From an uncultured Gammaproteobacteria bacterium (GTDB lineage Bacteria; Pseudomonadota; Gammaproteobacteria; Poriferisulfidales; GCA-002705445): a stretch of DNA of 57,067 nucleotides. The notes below the pieces were generated by a model. That model was not told the origin of the DNA. It saw nothing but the letters and a program-made list of their open reading frames with translations, and made no database searches. The stretch lies in NCBI GenBank assembly GCA_913050095.1, contig CAJXAV010000005.1:1-57067 (forward strand), given 5' to 3'. The position numbers and the translations under genes were made by a program. The number at the start of each line of letters is the position of its first letter. The stretch's first letter is position 1. Of this stretch, positions 10,428 to 21,159 are shown one piece after another.

Positions 10428-10769
10428 TCAATCAGGAATTTTGAAAATTATTTTATCGACAGAATCGTCAATTTTATAAAATTTTATGTTGTCAGGTTTG
10501 ATCTTAATTTGTTTGTCAGCGTTATTTAAAATGATACTTACTTGGTTTTTATCACTAACACTTAAAATTCCTAAATTTTGATTATTATCTCCTTTTAGAA
10601 TTATTTTTTTTGCTGCGATTGTATTGGCTGTTATCTTATAATCACCTAGCATTCCAGTTTTGATTGCAGAATTATATATTAATGCTGCAGCCATAATTAA
10701 TATAACAAATTTAAGAGTACCAATTTGTTTTTCTAACTTTTCAAATTTTTCTTCATTATTATCTTTCAT
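10428..10769 (-). CDS. Hypothetical membrane-anchored protein
   Basis: 113 aa with one hydrophobic segment (FVILIMAAALIY); 3 bp downstream of the HAD gene on the same strand. Confidence 0.7.
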   Translation of the reverse strand: MKDNNEEKFEKLEKQIGTLKFVILIMAAALIYNSAIKTGMLGDYKITANTIAAKKIILKGDNNQNLGILSVSDKNQVSIILNNADKQIKIKPDNIKFYKIDDSVDKIIFKIPD

Positions 10770-10772
10770 AAC

Positions 10773-11453
10773 TTATTTAAATTTTTCTAAAACCTCAGTT
10801 ATCTCATTAAAATTCTTGATTATGTATTTTTTATTAGCTTTCTTTTCTGGCTCATTATTATGATTTATCCAAATATAATTCATATTTACAGATATTGCAC
10901 CGATTATATCCTTTTCATAACTATCGCCCACATGTATTATTTCTGAGGGTTTGCATTTTGCAATCCCCATTACAGCTTCAAATATTTCTTTTCTTGGCTT
11001 CATATGGCCAACTTCTGATGCTTTTACTTCGAAATCAAAATAATTTTTAATTCCTATTGCTTCCAATGATGCATTTCCATTAGTTATAGTTCCTATCAAA
11101 TATTTATTTTTTAAAATATTCAATACTTTTTCGACATTATCAAATAATGTAACCTTATTTCTATACTTCATAAAATATTGAAATGCATTTTCAGGCATAG
11201 CATCTTCAAGTTTATAAATATTTTTTAAATTATTATAGGCTTGGATTCTTACTTTTGTTAGATCATGTTTAATACTTGGATTATCATATGATGTTTTTTT
11301 TACAAATTCTCTCATCTGCTCTATTGAAAAATTTTGATATATTATAGGATAATTTATTTTTAACCACTCATGAAATCTAATTTCTGCTTTTGAAATTACT
11401 GGCTTAATACTCCATAGAGTATCATCTAAGTCAAAGGTAATACATTTAATCAT
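10773..11453 (-). CDS. HAD-superfamily hydrolase (YigB/YjjG-like)
   Basis: FDLDDTLW motif I, TNGNA, KP..IF, HVGDS..DI.GA. Confidence 0.9.
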   Translation of the reverse strand: MIKCITFDLDDTLWSIKPVISKAEIRFHEWLKINYPIIYQNFSIEQMREFVKKTSYDNPSIKHDLTKVRIQAYNNLKNIYKLEDAMPENAFQYFMKYRNKVTLFDNVEKVLNILKNKYLIGTITNGNASLEAIGIKNYFDFEVKASEVGHMKPRKEIFEAVMGIAKCKPSEIIHVGDSYEKDIIGAISVNMNYIWINHNNEPEKKANKKYIIKNFNEITEVLEKFK

Positions 11454-11460
11454 ATTTATT

Positions 11461-12345
11461 TTAATCCGTTAAAATTTTTTTAAGGCTCTCATATTTTTCT
11501 GAGGTTCTCTCCACTATATCTTTTGGTAGCTCTGGTGGAGGCATTGAGTCATTCCAGGATATACTTTTTACATAATCTCTTATAAATTGCTTATCTAAAC
11601 TAGGAGGACTTATTCCTTCTTGGTAACTATCTAAAATCCAAAACCTTGATGAATCTGAAGTTAACAATTCATCCATTAATACTAAATTTCCTTCTTTAGA
11701 TAATCCAAACTCAAATTTAGTATCTGCCAAAATTATATTTTTTTTTATTAAATGCTTATCAGCTAAGTTAAATATTTTAATACTTATATCTTTTATTTTA
11801 TTTGAAATATCTAAACCAATTTTGTCTGCCATGTCTTTAAAACTTATATTAATATCGTGATCTCCTATTTCTGCTTTTGATGATGGCGTATAAATTAGAT
11901 CTGGAAGCTTAGAAGCCATTTTCAAATTTTCAGGCAAATTTATATCGCATATTGATCCTTTAGATAAATAATCTGAATATCCTGATCCTATCAGATAACT
12001 TCTAACAATAGATTCCACTGGTAATGCTTTTAATTTTTTTGCTATTATAAATCTCCCCTCTATTTCATTAAACTCTTCATTTGTTAAATTTATGTTATCT
12101 ATATTTAAAGGGCTTGTATGATTTTCTATTAAATTTTCAAATTTCTTAAACCAAAAATTTGAAACCTGATTTAATATTATTCCTTTATTTGGGATTGGTG
12201 TTGGTAGAATTACATCAAATACTGAAACTCTATCTGTAGCAACTATTAATATATTTTCATTATCTATTTCGTAAACATCCCTAACCTTTCCTTGGTAGAT
12301 TTTTTTCAAGCTTGTTAAGTTAGATGTATGTAATATATTTTTCAT
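11461..12345 (-). CDS. purC: SAICAR synthetase
   Basis: GKVRDVY, ATDRVSVFD, LADTKFEFG, DSSRFW, DKQFIRD. Confidence 0.96.
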   Translation of the reverse strand: MKNILHTSNLTSLKKIYQGKVRDVYEIDNENILIVATDRVSVFDVILPTPIPNKGIILNQVSNFWFKKFENLIENHTSPLNIDNINLTNEEFNEIEGRFIIAKKLKALPVESIVRSYLIGSGYSDYLSKGSICDINLPENLKMASKLPDLIYTPSSKAEIGDHDINISFKDMADKIGLDISNKIKDISIKIFNLADKHLIKKNIILADTKFEFGLSKEGNLVLMDELLTSDSSRFWILDSYQEGISPPSLDKQFIRDYVKSISWNDSMPPPELPKDIVERTSEKYESLKKILTD

Positions 12346-12397
12346 AAATTAAAGTTTTTAATATTTTTAAGTAAATTTTAGGTCTATAGATAGCTTA

Positions 12398-12406
12398 TGA
12401 TATAAT
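12398..12406 (+). promoter_or_regulatory. Extended -10 promoter element for purE
   Basis: TG-A-TATAAT about 40 bp upstream of purE; SD GAGG before the ATG. Confidence 0.45.
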
Positions 12407-12442
12407 TACTATAATAACATATTTACGAACAGAGGAAATATT

Positions 12443-12937
12443 ATGGCTGATAGTGACAAACCAATTGTAGGTGTTGTAATGGGCAGTGACAGCGATTGGC
12501 CTATTATGAAACATGCTACAGAAATTTTAGAGGAGTTTGGCGTTATATATGAAGCAAAGGTTGTATCTGCTCACAGAACCCCAGATACAATGTATGAATA
12601 TGCTGAAACAGCTAAAAATAGAGGCATTAAATGTATTATTGCTGGTGCAGGTGGTGCAGCTCATTTACCAGGAATGATTGCTTCAAAAACAGAAATACCT
12701 GTGCTTGGGGTGCCTGTACACACTAAATACCTAAAGGGAAAAGATTCACTTATTTCAATTGTTCAAATGCCAAAAGGCATACCAGTTGCAACATTTGCAA
12801 TAGGAGAAGCTGGTGCTTCAAATGCCGCACTTTTTGCAATATCAGTTATATCAAATAACGATCAAGCATTAAGCAAAAAACTTTTAAATTTTAGAGAAAC
12901 ACAAAGAAAAATAGTACTAAAGAAAAAACTTAAATAA
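12443..12937 (+). CDS. purE: N5-CAIR mutase
   Basis: [39 protein letters not shown]. Confidence 0.97.
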   Translation: MADSDKPIVGVVMGSDSDWPIMKHATEILEEFGVIYEAKVVSAHRTPDTMYEYAETAKNRGIKCIIAGAGGAAHLPGMIASKTEIPVLGVPVHTKYLKGKDSLISIVQMPKGIPVATFAIGEAGASNAALFAISVISNNDQALSKKLLNFRETQRKIVLKKKLK

Positions 12938-12949
12938 ATACATACATAA

Positions 12950-14077
12950 ATGAGAAATAAAAATTTAATTGCCATGTTAGGTGGCGGGCAACTCGGTTTA
13001 ATGTTTACTGAAAAAGCTCAAATGATGGGTGAAGAAGTTTTGGTTCTTGATCCTGATAAAGACTGCCCAGCAGGAAAAATTGCAAATAAGTTTATTAATG
13101 CAGAATTTACCGATTCAAAAGCATTAGAAACTGTAATTAATTATTGTGAAGTGTGCACAACAGAATTTGAAAATATCCCGTATAAAACACTTGAATTATT
13201 GGAAAAAAATATTGAGGTATTTCCAAACTCGAATTCTCTTAAAATAACTCAAAATAGAATATTAGAAAAAGAATTTTTGAAAGAACAAGGAATACCAACT
13301 ACAGAATATTATAAGATAAATTCAAAGCAAGAATTATACACTCTTGAGAAAATTAAAAATTGGCCTTATATATTAAAAACAAGTACTTTTGGTTATGACG
13401 GCAAGGGGCAAGTAATTGTAAATAATTTTGAAGAGCTAAAAAATGCCTATAAAAAACTTAATGTAACAAGTTTTGTTTTGGAGAAAAAAGTTAATTTAAA
13501 AAAAGAAATATCACAGGTTGCCGCATGTTATAAAGAAAAAGTGATTTATTTACCTATAAGTGAAAATATACACGTAAATAATATCTTGCATAAATCTCTT
13601 ATACCTGCGGATATCAATGATAAAATAAATAAAAGTGTGCAAACTATTACTGAAAAAATTTGTGTTAGCTTAAATTATACCGGTATTATCTGCATTGAAT
13701 TTTTTATAGATGATAAAAATAATGTTTTAGTAAATGAAATTGCTCCAAGAACTCATAATAGCGGTCATTATTCTATAGAGGGTTGTAATATATCTCAGTT
13801 TGAGCATCAAGTAAGAATATTAAAAAATCTTCCACCCCAAGATTCGCATCTAAAATATAATTCTGTAATGCTAAATTTACTAGGTGACCTATGGGAAAAT
13901 AAATCTCTCGACTTAAATTTTGGAAATAATAAGGATATTTTTTTACATCTATACAATAAAACTATTGCTAAAAAAGGAAGGAAAATGGGACACTTTACTG
14001 TAGTTGACAAGTTTCTAAATTCTGCGAATGTAAAAGCTGATAAATTATATAACTCTCTAAAAAATGAAAAATTATAA
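12950..14077 (+). CDS. purK: N5-CAIR synthetase
   Basis: GGGQLG, TTEFENI, GYDGKGQ, NEIAPRTHNSGH, GRKMGH. Confidence 0.96.
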   Translation: MRNKNLIAMLGGGQLGLMFTEKAQMMGEEVLVLDPDKDCPAGKIANKFINAEFTDSKALETVINYCEVCTTEFENIPYKTLELLEKNIEVFPNSNSLKITQNRILEKEFLKEQGIPTTEYYKINSKQELYTLEKIKNWPYILKTSTFGYDGKGQVIVNNFEELKNAYKKLNVTSFVLEKKVNLKKEISQVAACYKEKVIYLPISENIHVNNILHKSLIPADINDKINKSVQTITEKICVSLNYTGIICIEFFIDDKNNVLVNEIAPRTHNSGHYSIEGCNISQFEHQVRILKNLPPQDSHLKYNSVMLNLLGDLWENKSLDLNFGNNKDIFLHLYNKTIAKKGRKMGHFTVVDKFLNSANVKADKLYNSLKNEKL

Positions 14078-15050
14078 TTGTCTATTAGTTTCTTATAATG
14101 AAAAAGTTCATAAAGTTGATCTTATAACAAGAAATTTTAAAGAAGTAAAAAAAAATCATGTTCTTGTAAAAGTAAAATATTCAGGCCTTAATTATAAAGA
14201 TGCTCTATCTATAACCGGTAAATCTAAAATTATTAGAAAACCAAGCCTCACACCTGGTTTAGATTTATCAGGGGTCGTGCAGATAAGTAACTCAAAAAAA
14301 TTTATAAAAGGCGATAAAGTTCTTGCCACTGGTGCTGGATTAGGAGAAATTATCAATGGTGGGTTGTCTGAATATGTATATGTACCTGCTGATATTCTTA
14401 CAAAGATACCAACTAACCTTAATCTATTAAGCACAATGCAAATTGGAACTGCAGGTTTTACAGCCGCTATCGCAATTGAAAAAATGCTACTAAATAAACA
14501 AAACGCTAAACAAGGTCCTATTATAATCTCAGGTGCAACTGGTGGTGTTGGTAGTATATCTATTAATATACTTAAAAATATGGGCTACAAAACAATAGCA
14601 GTCACAAGAAAAACATCATCTAAAAATTATCTTAAATCCATAGGTGCTGACGAGATTATAAAATATAATTCTAATTTTAATGAAAAAATTTTGAATAAAG
14701 AAATGTTTGCTGGTGGCATAGATAATGTTGGTGGAGAAGTCCTTGATTGGATAATTAAAAGTACATCGCAAAATGGCAATATTGTTACTATTGGTATGGC
14801 AATGGATTCAAAATTAAACACCTCTGTTATTCCATTTATATTAAGGGGTGTAAATTTATTAGGTGTATCTTCAACAAACTATCCTAACGACAAAAGAATA
14901 TATATATGGAAAAAGTTATCTAAAATCTATAAGCCAACAAAATTAAATATTATTAGCAGTAATATAATAGAATTAAAAAATGCTATTAAATTTTCAAAAA
15001 AAATTGTATCAGGAAAGAATATTGGAAGAATTATTGTAAAAATGTATTAA
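14064..15050 (+). CDS. acuI: YhdH/AcuI-family oxidoreductase (probable acryloyl-CoA reductase)
   Basis: [37 protein letters not shown]. Confidence 0.82.
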   Translation: MKNYNCLLVSYNEKVHKVDLITRNFKEVKKNHVLVKVKYSGLNYKDALSITGKSKIIRKPSLTPGLDLSGVVQISNSKKFIKGDKVLATGAGLGEIINGGLSEYVYVPADILTKIPTNLNLLSTMQIGTAGFTAAIAIEKMLLNKQNAKQGPIIISGATGGVGSISINILKNMGYKTIAVTRKTSSKNYLKSIGADEIIKYNSNFNEKILNKEMFAGGIDNVGGEVLDWIIKSTSQNGNIVTIGMAMDSKLNTSVIPFILRGVNLLGVSSTNYPNDKRIYIWKKLSKIYKPTKLNIISSNIIELKNAIKFSKKIVSGKNIGRIIVKMY

Positions 15051-17068
15051 CTTGCAGTATTTTGGTCTGATTTTGAAAAAATAAATTCTTTAATTTTTTT
15101 AATTTCGTCTCTTATTTGTGAAGCTTCTTCAAACTCCAGATTTGTAGCATGACCATACATTTTTTTTTCAAGTTTTTTTATTTTTTTCATCGCAATTGAA
15201 GGGCTAATATTTGTATATTCATTGAGAAACTCATTATCAATATACTTTTTATCATTTTTTTCATATGATTCCGCCTCCATAATATCTGGTATGGATTTAC
15301 TTACACCTTTTGGCTTGATGTTATTTTTTTTATTATGTGAAATTTGCTTTTCTCTTCTTCTCTCTGTCTCTGCTATTGTTCTTTTTATCGATCCAGTAAT
15401 ATTATCAGCATATAAAATCGCTTTACCATTAATATTTCTAGCTGCTCTTCCAATAGTTTGTATTAATGATCTGTCCGATCTTAAAAAACCTTCTTTGTCT
15501 GCATCTAAAATAGCTACTAATGATACTTCAGGAATGTCTAACCCTTCTCTTAATAAATTTATACCTACTAAAACATCAAATTCTCCTAGCCTTAATCCTC
15601 GTATTATTTCTACTCTCTGAACTGTATCTATATCAGAGTGTAGATATTTTACCTTTATATTGTGCTCTTGAAGATAGCTTGATAAATCTTCTGACATTCT
15701 TTTTGTCAATGTTGTTACTAAGACCCTTTCATTTTTTTTCACAGTATTTGATATCTCGCTCAATAAATCATCAACTTGTGTTGATGCGGGCCTAACTTCA
15801 ATTTCTGGATCTATTAACCCTGTTGGTCTTACTACCTGTTCTGCCACTTGATCAGATTTATCAAACTCATAATCACCTGGTGTAGCTGATACATATATTA
15901 ATTGTGGAGATAATGTTTCAAACTCGGCAAATTGAAGAGGTCTATTATCTAATGCGGATGGAAGTCTGAAACCAAAATCTACCAATGTTTGCTTTCTTGA
16001 CCTGTCTCCTAAATACATACCTCTAAATTGTGGCACAGTAACATGACTTTCATCCATAATCATTAAAGCATTTGATGGCAAGTAGTCTATTAAACAAGGT
16101 GGGGCCTCACCTGGGCTTCTACCTGAAAGATATCTTGAATAATTTTCTATTCCAGAACAGTATCCGATTTCTTTTATCATTTCTAAATCAAATTTAGTTC
16201 TTTCTTCAAGTCTTTGGGCTTCAACAAGTTTGTTTTCGGATCTAAATTTTTTTAAGGTCAATTCTAATTCAATACCGATATCATCAATGGCTTTTAAAAG
16301 AACTTCTCGCGGTGTGACATAATGAGTCTTTGGATAAATTGTAAGCCTAGGCACAACTTTTATTATCTCACCTGTTAGGTAATCAAAATAACTTAGTTTT
16401 TCAATTTCATCCCCGAACAATTCTATTCTTACCGCTTCATTTTCTGAGTCTGCAGGATGAACGTCAATAATATCGCCATTTACTCTAAATGTTCCTCTTT
16501 TTAATTCAGTTTGGTTTCGAGTATATTGTATTTCTGCAAGCCTTCTTAAAATTTTTCTTTGGTCAATAATTTCTCCTCTGGAAAGATGAAGAACCATTTC
16601 TTGATATGACTTAGCATCCCCAAGACCATATATTGATGAAACGGAAGCTACAATAATTGTGTCGGATCTTTCAAATAAAGCTTTGGTGGCAGATAGTCTC
16701 ATCTGCTCGATATGCTCATTAATAGCTGCGTCTTTTTCAATATAACTATCTTTTGCTGGTACATATGCTTCCGGTTGGTAATAATCATAATATGAAACAA
16801 AATATTCGACTGCATTTTTTGGAAAATACTCTTTCATTTCCCCATAAAGCTGAGCTGCTAAGGTTTTATTTGGGGCAAGAACAATAGTTGGTCTTTGTAA
16901 TTTATCTATAATATTAGCAACTGTGAAAGTTTTTCCAGAACCTGTCACTCCGAGCAGCACTTGTGAGCTCAAACCGGAATCCAAACCTTCTATTAATTTG
17001 CTAATTGCTTCTGGTTGATCTCCAGAAGGCTTATACTTAGAAATTAAATTAAATTTTTTTTTGTTCAT
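15047..17068 (-). CDS. uvrB: Excinuclease ABC subunit B
   Basis: [38 protein letters not shown]. Confidence 0.98.
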   Translation of the reverse strand: MNKKKFNLISKYKPSGDQPEAISKLIEGLDSGLSSQVLLGVTGSGKTFTVANIIDKLQRPTIVLAPNKTLAAQLYGEMKEYFPKNAVEYFVSYYDYYQPEAYVPAKDSYIEKDAAINEHIEQMRLSATKALFERSDTIIVASVSSIYGLGDAKSYQEMVLHLSRGEIIDQRKILRRLAEIQYTRNQTELKRGTFRVNGDIIDVHPADSENEAVRIELFGDEIEKLSYFDYLTGEIIKVVPRLTIYPKTHYVTPREVLLKAIDDIGIELELTLKKFRSENKLVEAQRLEERTKFDLEMIKEIGYCSGIENYSRYLSGRSPGEAPPCLIDYLPSNALMIMDESHVTVPQFRGMYLGDRSRKQTLVDFGFRLPSALDNRPLQFAEFETLSPQLIYVSATPGDYEFDKSDQVAEQVVRPTGLIDPEIEVRPASTQVDDLLSEISNTVKKNERVLVTTLTKRMSEDLSSYLQEHNIKVKYLHSDIDTVQRVEIIRGLRLGEFDVLVGINLLREGLDIPEVSLVAILDADKEGFLRSDRSLIQTIGRAARNINGKAILYADNITGSIKRTIAETERRREKQISHNKKNNIKPKGVSKSIPDIMEAESYEKNDKKYIDNEFLNEYTNISPSIAMKKIKKLEKKMYGHATNLEFEEASQIRDEIKKIKEFIFSKSDQNTAS

Positions 17069-17162
17069 ATATATATAAAAAAATTGTTTTTAATCAAAAA
17101 TAAGCTATGATTCTAGATTAGAATATCATAATATCCAAGTAAGTTTATATAATACATTTAAT

Positions 17163-18341
17163 ATGAAGCTCTCAAAGAGGATCTCGAAGACAAAAACTTC
17201 CGCTACTATTGCGATGAGTATGAAGGCCCGTGAATTAATTGCGCAGGGCAAAGATATTATATCCTTAAGTGCTGGTGAACCTGATTTTGATACACCTGAG
17301 CATATAAAAAAAGCAGCAATTAAATCGATTAAATCAGGCAACACAAAATATACTCCTGTAGATGGCATGTTACCTTTAAAAAAGGCTATCGTTAAAAAAT
17401 TTACAAATGAAAATAAATTAGATTATTCTGAGGACCAAATTTTAGTTTCTGCAGGTTGCAAACAAAGTATTTATAATTTATGCCAAGCAACTCTTGATGA
17501 GGGTGATGAAGTTTTAATACCATCACCATATTGGGTCTCGTATCCTGAAATAGTTAAATTATCAGACGCAGTTCCAGTATTTATAGAAACAAATAGCGAC
17601 ACAGATTTTAAAGTAACAGGAAAAATGCTTGAAAAACACATTACAAGTAAAACAAAAATGCTTTTATTAAACAGCCCATCTAACCCCTCTGGATTTGTTT
17701 ATAGTGAGGCTGATCTTAAAGATATTGGTAATATTTTAAAAAAACACCCTGAAATTATTATTGCTTCCGATGATATATACGAACATATAATATTTAGTAA
17801 AAAAAATTTCACCAATATATTAAATGTATGTCCAGAATTATATGATCAAACAATTATCTTAAATGGTGTTTCAAAAGCTTATGCAATGACAGGATGGAGA
17901 ATTGGATATGCAGCTGGTAACAAGAAAATAATTGGCGCTATGAAAAAAATTCAATCTCAAAGTACATCATGCACTTGTTCCGTTTCTCAGTCAGCTGCTA
18001 TAGAAGCTTTACAAGGTAATAAAGATGAAGTTGATATAATGGTTAAGCAATATCAAGAAAGGTCTGAGTTTTTACACAGCGAATTGAATGAAATTGATGG
18101 TATAGAGTATAAGAAGCCAGAAGGTTCATTTTATGCTTTTGTAAATGTTAATGGATTAATTGATAAGCTTGAAGGTATAAAAGATGATTTTGATCTAGCA
18201 GAATATTTTTTAAATGAGGCGAATGTTGCAGTGGTTCCTGGTACAGCATTTGGATCTAAAAACCATATAAGAATATCTTTTGCAACAAGCTTAGAAAATC
18301 TTGAAAAAGCAGTAGACAGAATTAAATCCTTACTAATTTAA
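17163..18341 (+). CDS. PLP-dependent class I aminotransferase (aspartate aminotransferase type)
   Basis: GEPDFDTP, NSPSNPSG, DDIY, SKAYAMTGWRIG; divergent from uvrB. Confidence 0.93.
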   Translation: MKLSKRISKTKTSATIAMSMKARELIAQGKDIISLSAGEPDFDTPEHIKKAAIKSIKSGNTKYTPVDGMLPLKKAIVKKFTNENKLDYSEDQILVSAGCKQSIYNLCQATLDEGDEVLIPSPYWVSYPEIVKLSDAVPVFIETNSDTDFKVTGKMLEKHITSKTKMLLLNSPSNPSGFVYSEADLKDIGNILKKHPEIIIASDDIYEHIIFSKKNFTNILNVCPELYDQTIILNGVSKAYAMTGWRIGYAAGNKKIIGAMKKIQSQSTSCTCSVSQSAAIEALQGNKDEVDIMVKQYQERSEFLHSELNEIDGIEYKKPEGSFYAFVNVNGLIDKLEGIKDDFDLAEYFLNEANVAVVPGTAFGSKNHIRISFATSLENLEKAVDRIKSLLI

Positions 18342-19115
18342 TCTCAAAATCTGATCATATACTCCATCCCACAATAAAATACGCTTTTCTATTGCTCTAA
18401 TAGCATATAAAATTGCTTCATCATATTTTTCTTGGCTACTATCACAAGAATATTCAAATAGCTTTAGTGATAATGGGCCATGTCTTGAGCTATCAATTTC
18501 AATATGCCTTTTAATATATGATCTAAGTTTAGAATAATTTTTATTATTATTATCAATTTTAATTAAAATTTTTGAAAACATATCTGGTATTGTAGTCTCT
18601 CTTCCATATGTAAATATAGCAGCAGTATTACAAAAACTTTTTGAATACAAACAATCAAAAGTATTTTCTATAAATTCTAGGCTAGGTTTTGGTATATTTA
18701 GATTTTCACTGTTTTCGAATTTTGTATTAGAATAATCAATATTATTTATGAAATTATTAATCTCAGACGTATCAGCACCAATATCACTCATTGCCATAAT
18801 ATATAGATCAAAATGTGAAAAATAATTATTATCATCATCATAATCAGATTCCTCAGAAAGTATTATTTCATTGATAAGATGTGCAATACCATTTCTAGTA
18901 TATTTGCTTGGCTTCCATGGATAATTTGATGGGCACACAAAATTTTGAAGGCACTTAACAATACTCATAAAGTCCCATACTGCATAAACATGATGACTCA
19001 TAAAAATTTTTAATTCGTTTTCTGTAAAATTATTTCCAATTTCAAATAATTTATGTGTATTCAATTCTTGAATTTTTTTTTGTAGTAAATAAAAATTTTT
19101 GGTATTTTTTTTCAT
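18333..19115 (-). CDS. DUF3050-family protein (heme-oxygenase-like fold)
   Basis: FMSHHVYAVWDFMSIVKCLQ, LINEIILSEESD, SHFDLY, FTYGRE..IP.MF, RHIEID..HG. Confidence 0.8.
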   Translation of the reverse strand: MKKNTKNFYLLQKKIQELNTHKLFEIGNNFTENELKIFMSHHVYAVWDFMSIVKCLQNFVCPSNYPWKPSKYTRNGIAHLINEIILSEESDYDDDNNYFSHFDLYIMAMSDIGADTSEINNFINNIDYSNTKFENSENLNIPKPSLEFIENTFDCLYSKSFCNTAAIFTYGRETTIPDMFSKILIKIDNNNKNYSKLRSYIKRHIEIDSSRHGPLSLKLFEYSCDSSQEKYDEAILYAIRAIEKRILLWDGVYDQILRLN

Positions 19116-19190
19116 ATGAGATATTTTAATGATTTTTTATTTTTTGTATATATCCAAAATTTCATATATGTATAGAATATATTTATTAAT

Positions 19191-20090
19191 TCAATTATCT
19201 AATGATATTCCCAAGAAATCTTTCATATGTTTATAACTTTGGTTCGTTGCTTTTTGACTATGTCCTATTGTATGGCCCTCTACCGACTGGATATCCATGA
19301 AACTATCAAAACTATGATACGCGCCTTTTAAAATATGTAATATATAATTTTCTGGCTTGGTTGTAAGCATTTTTTCACATCTTTTTGATGGGGTCCATGA
19401 ATCTCTATCACCAATTATTATCATAAGCTTTGTATGAGATGTATTTATTTTTGTATAATGTCCAGAGCACCACGGACTAAATGCTATTGCATTTTTAAAA
19501 GGATTTTTATTATTTCCCATTGAGGCATATAAAGAATCAAGAACAGCTGTCGCTCCATGAGAAAAACCAAAAATAGATATATAGTCTTTATTAATATGAT
19601 TATAATTTTTTTGTACGTATTCTTTTGTAGTATGAGCATCTATTGCTCTTTGAAATGTTGGTACTCTATAATAATCCTTGCAAACGCTATCAACGCCTCT
19701 TGGTCTTAGACTATCAATCGTAATAAACATGTATTTCCACGAAATAAATTTTCTAGCCCAATTTAACTGTCTTCCCATTATGCCGTTACATCCATGAAGA
19801 TCTATTATGGCTTTTTTTGCCTTGAAGTCTTTTGGTTGAAAAATTATTAAATTTACTTCTGATGTTTTTTTTGTATATTCAATTTTAATTTGATAGTCAC
19901 TTTTGATATTTTCATCATATTCTGTTTCCATTAATTTTTTCCATATTTTTAAGCTATCATTGGCTATTACATCTTTTACTATTAATTTTTCATGAGTATG
20001 TTGCATTAATAATTCATCTTTCAAAGACAAATTATGAGCATATAAATCACTTATATTTAAAACAAGAATTATTAAGATATATTTTTTCAT
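19191..20090 (-). CDS. Secreted dienelactone-hydrolase-family alpha/beta hydrolase
   Basis: N-terminal signal-like segment, LHGCNG, nucleophile elbow GFSHG, GDRDSWTP, GAYHSFD. Confidence 0.8.
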   Translation of the reverse strand: MKKYILIILVLNISDLYAHNLSLKDELLMQHTHEKLIVKDVIANDSLKIWKKLMETEYDENIKSDYQIKIEYTKKTSEVNLIIFQPKDFKAKKAIIDLHGCNGIMGRQLNWARKFISWKYMFITIDSLRPRGVDSVCKDYYRVPTFQRAIDAHTTKEYVQKNYNHINKDYISIFGFSHGATAVLDSLYASMGNNKNPFKNAIAFSPWCSGHYTKINTSHTKLMIIIGDRDSWTPSKRCEKMLTTKPENYILHILKGAYHSFDSFMDIQSVEGHTIGHSQKATNQSYKHMKDFLGISLDN

Positions 20091-20167
20091 TGATTTTTAC
20101 CTAATTTTAAGAATAACATTATGAATATTACAAAAAATAAGTATAATATCTTATTCAAAAATTATAT

Positions 20168-20243
20168 TCCCCTGTAGCTCAGTTGGTAGAGCGGGTGACT
20201 GTTAATCACTAGGTCGGCGGTTCGAGCCCGTCCGGGGGAGCCA
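20168..20243 (+). tRNA. tRNA-Asn (GTT)
   Basis: 76 nt: acceptor stem TCCCCTG/CGGGGGA, D arm GCTCAGTTGGTAGAGC, anticodon arm GGTGA-CT-GTT-AA-TCACT, T loop TTCGAGC, encoded CCA; TATAAT at 20142-20147. Confidence 0.98.
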
Positions 20244-20270
20244 TCATTTAACTAATCAAAATTTTATAAT

Positions 20271-21152
20271 TTATATATCTAAACTTTTTAAATAATTCTT
20301 AAGTTCTTTTGATAACTCTTCATGGTTTAAACCATATTCTATTGAAGCTTTTAAAAAATCAAGTTTATTACCACAATCAAATCTTTTTCCTTTAAATTCA
20401 TAAGCATATACTTTCTCGATATCAATTTGTCTTGCTATCGCGTCTGTCAATTGTATTTCGCCACCCAGCCCCTGGACTGTGTCCTCCAATATATCGAAAA
20501 TTGACGGTTTTAATATATATCTTCCTACAACACCCATATCGCTTGGCGCATCTTCTTTATTTGGTTTTTCAACTATATTTACCAATTCCCAGTCATTATC
20601 TTTATTTTTATGACCGTCTATTACTCCATATTTATTTAAATTTTCGGTTTTGACCTTTTCCACAGCAAGAATACTTGAATTAATTACTTCATATTTATTT
20701 ACCATTTGCGACAAACAACCCTCTTCTGAAGATAAAATCATGTCATCTGCTAATATAACTGCAAAAGGGTTGTCTCCTACAGCAGGCTTAGCACATAAAA
20801 CTGCATGCCCTAATCCTAAAGGCTGATGTTGTCTTATATAAATACACTTTATGTTACTTGGTATTATATTTTTGATAAGATCAAGTTCCTTCATCTTCTT
20901 TTTTCTTTCTAGCTCGGTCTCAATCTCATAAGCTTTATCAAAATGATTCTGAATACTAGTTTTATTTCTTCCAGTTATAAAAACCATAATTTCTATACCA
21001 GCGTCTATTGCTTCTTCTACTGCGTATTGAATTAAGGGCTTATCTACTATCGGTAACATTTCTTTTGGGCTTGCCTTAGTTGCTGGTAGAAATCTAGTTC
21101 CCATTCCTGCAACTGGAAATACAGCAATTTTTGGTTTTATATTTTTTTTCAT
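20271..21152 (-). CDS. galU: UTP--glucose-1-phosphate uridylyltransferase
   Basis: AVFPVAGMGTRFLPATKASPKEMLPIVDKP, LGLGHAV, GGEIQLTDAI. Confidence 0.97.
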   Translation of the reverse strand: MKKNIKPKIAVFPVAGMGTRFLPATKASPKEMLPIVDKPLIQYAVEEAIDAGIEIMVFITGRNKTSIQNHFDKAYEIETELERKKKMKELDLIKNIIPSNIKCIYIRQHQPLGLGHAVLCAKPAVGDNPFAVILADDMILSSEEGCLSQMVNKYEVINSSILAVEKVKTENLNKYGVIDGHKNKDNDWELVNIVEKPNKEDAPSDMGVVGRYILKPSIFDILEDTVQGLGGEIQLTDAIARQIDIEKVYAYEFKGKRFDCGNKLDFLKASIEYGLNHEELSKELKNYLKSLDI

Positions 21153-21159
21153 AAATTTT

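Noticed and set aside
12346-12442. PurR box between purC and purE
   Set aside because: No GCAAACGTTTGC-like palindrome is visible.
17069-17162. LexA box upstream of uvrB; imperfect inverted repeat at 17106-17130
   Set aside because: No CTGT-N8-ACAG. The repeat is most simply two opposing TATGAT -10 elements for the divergent genes.
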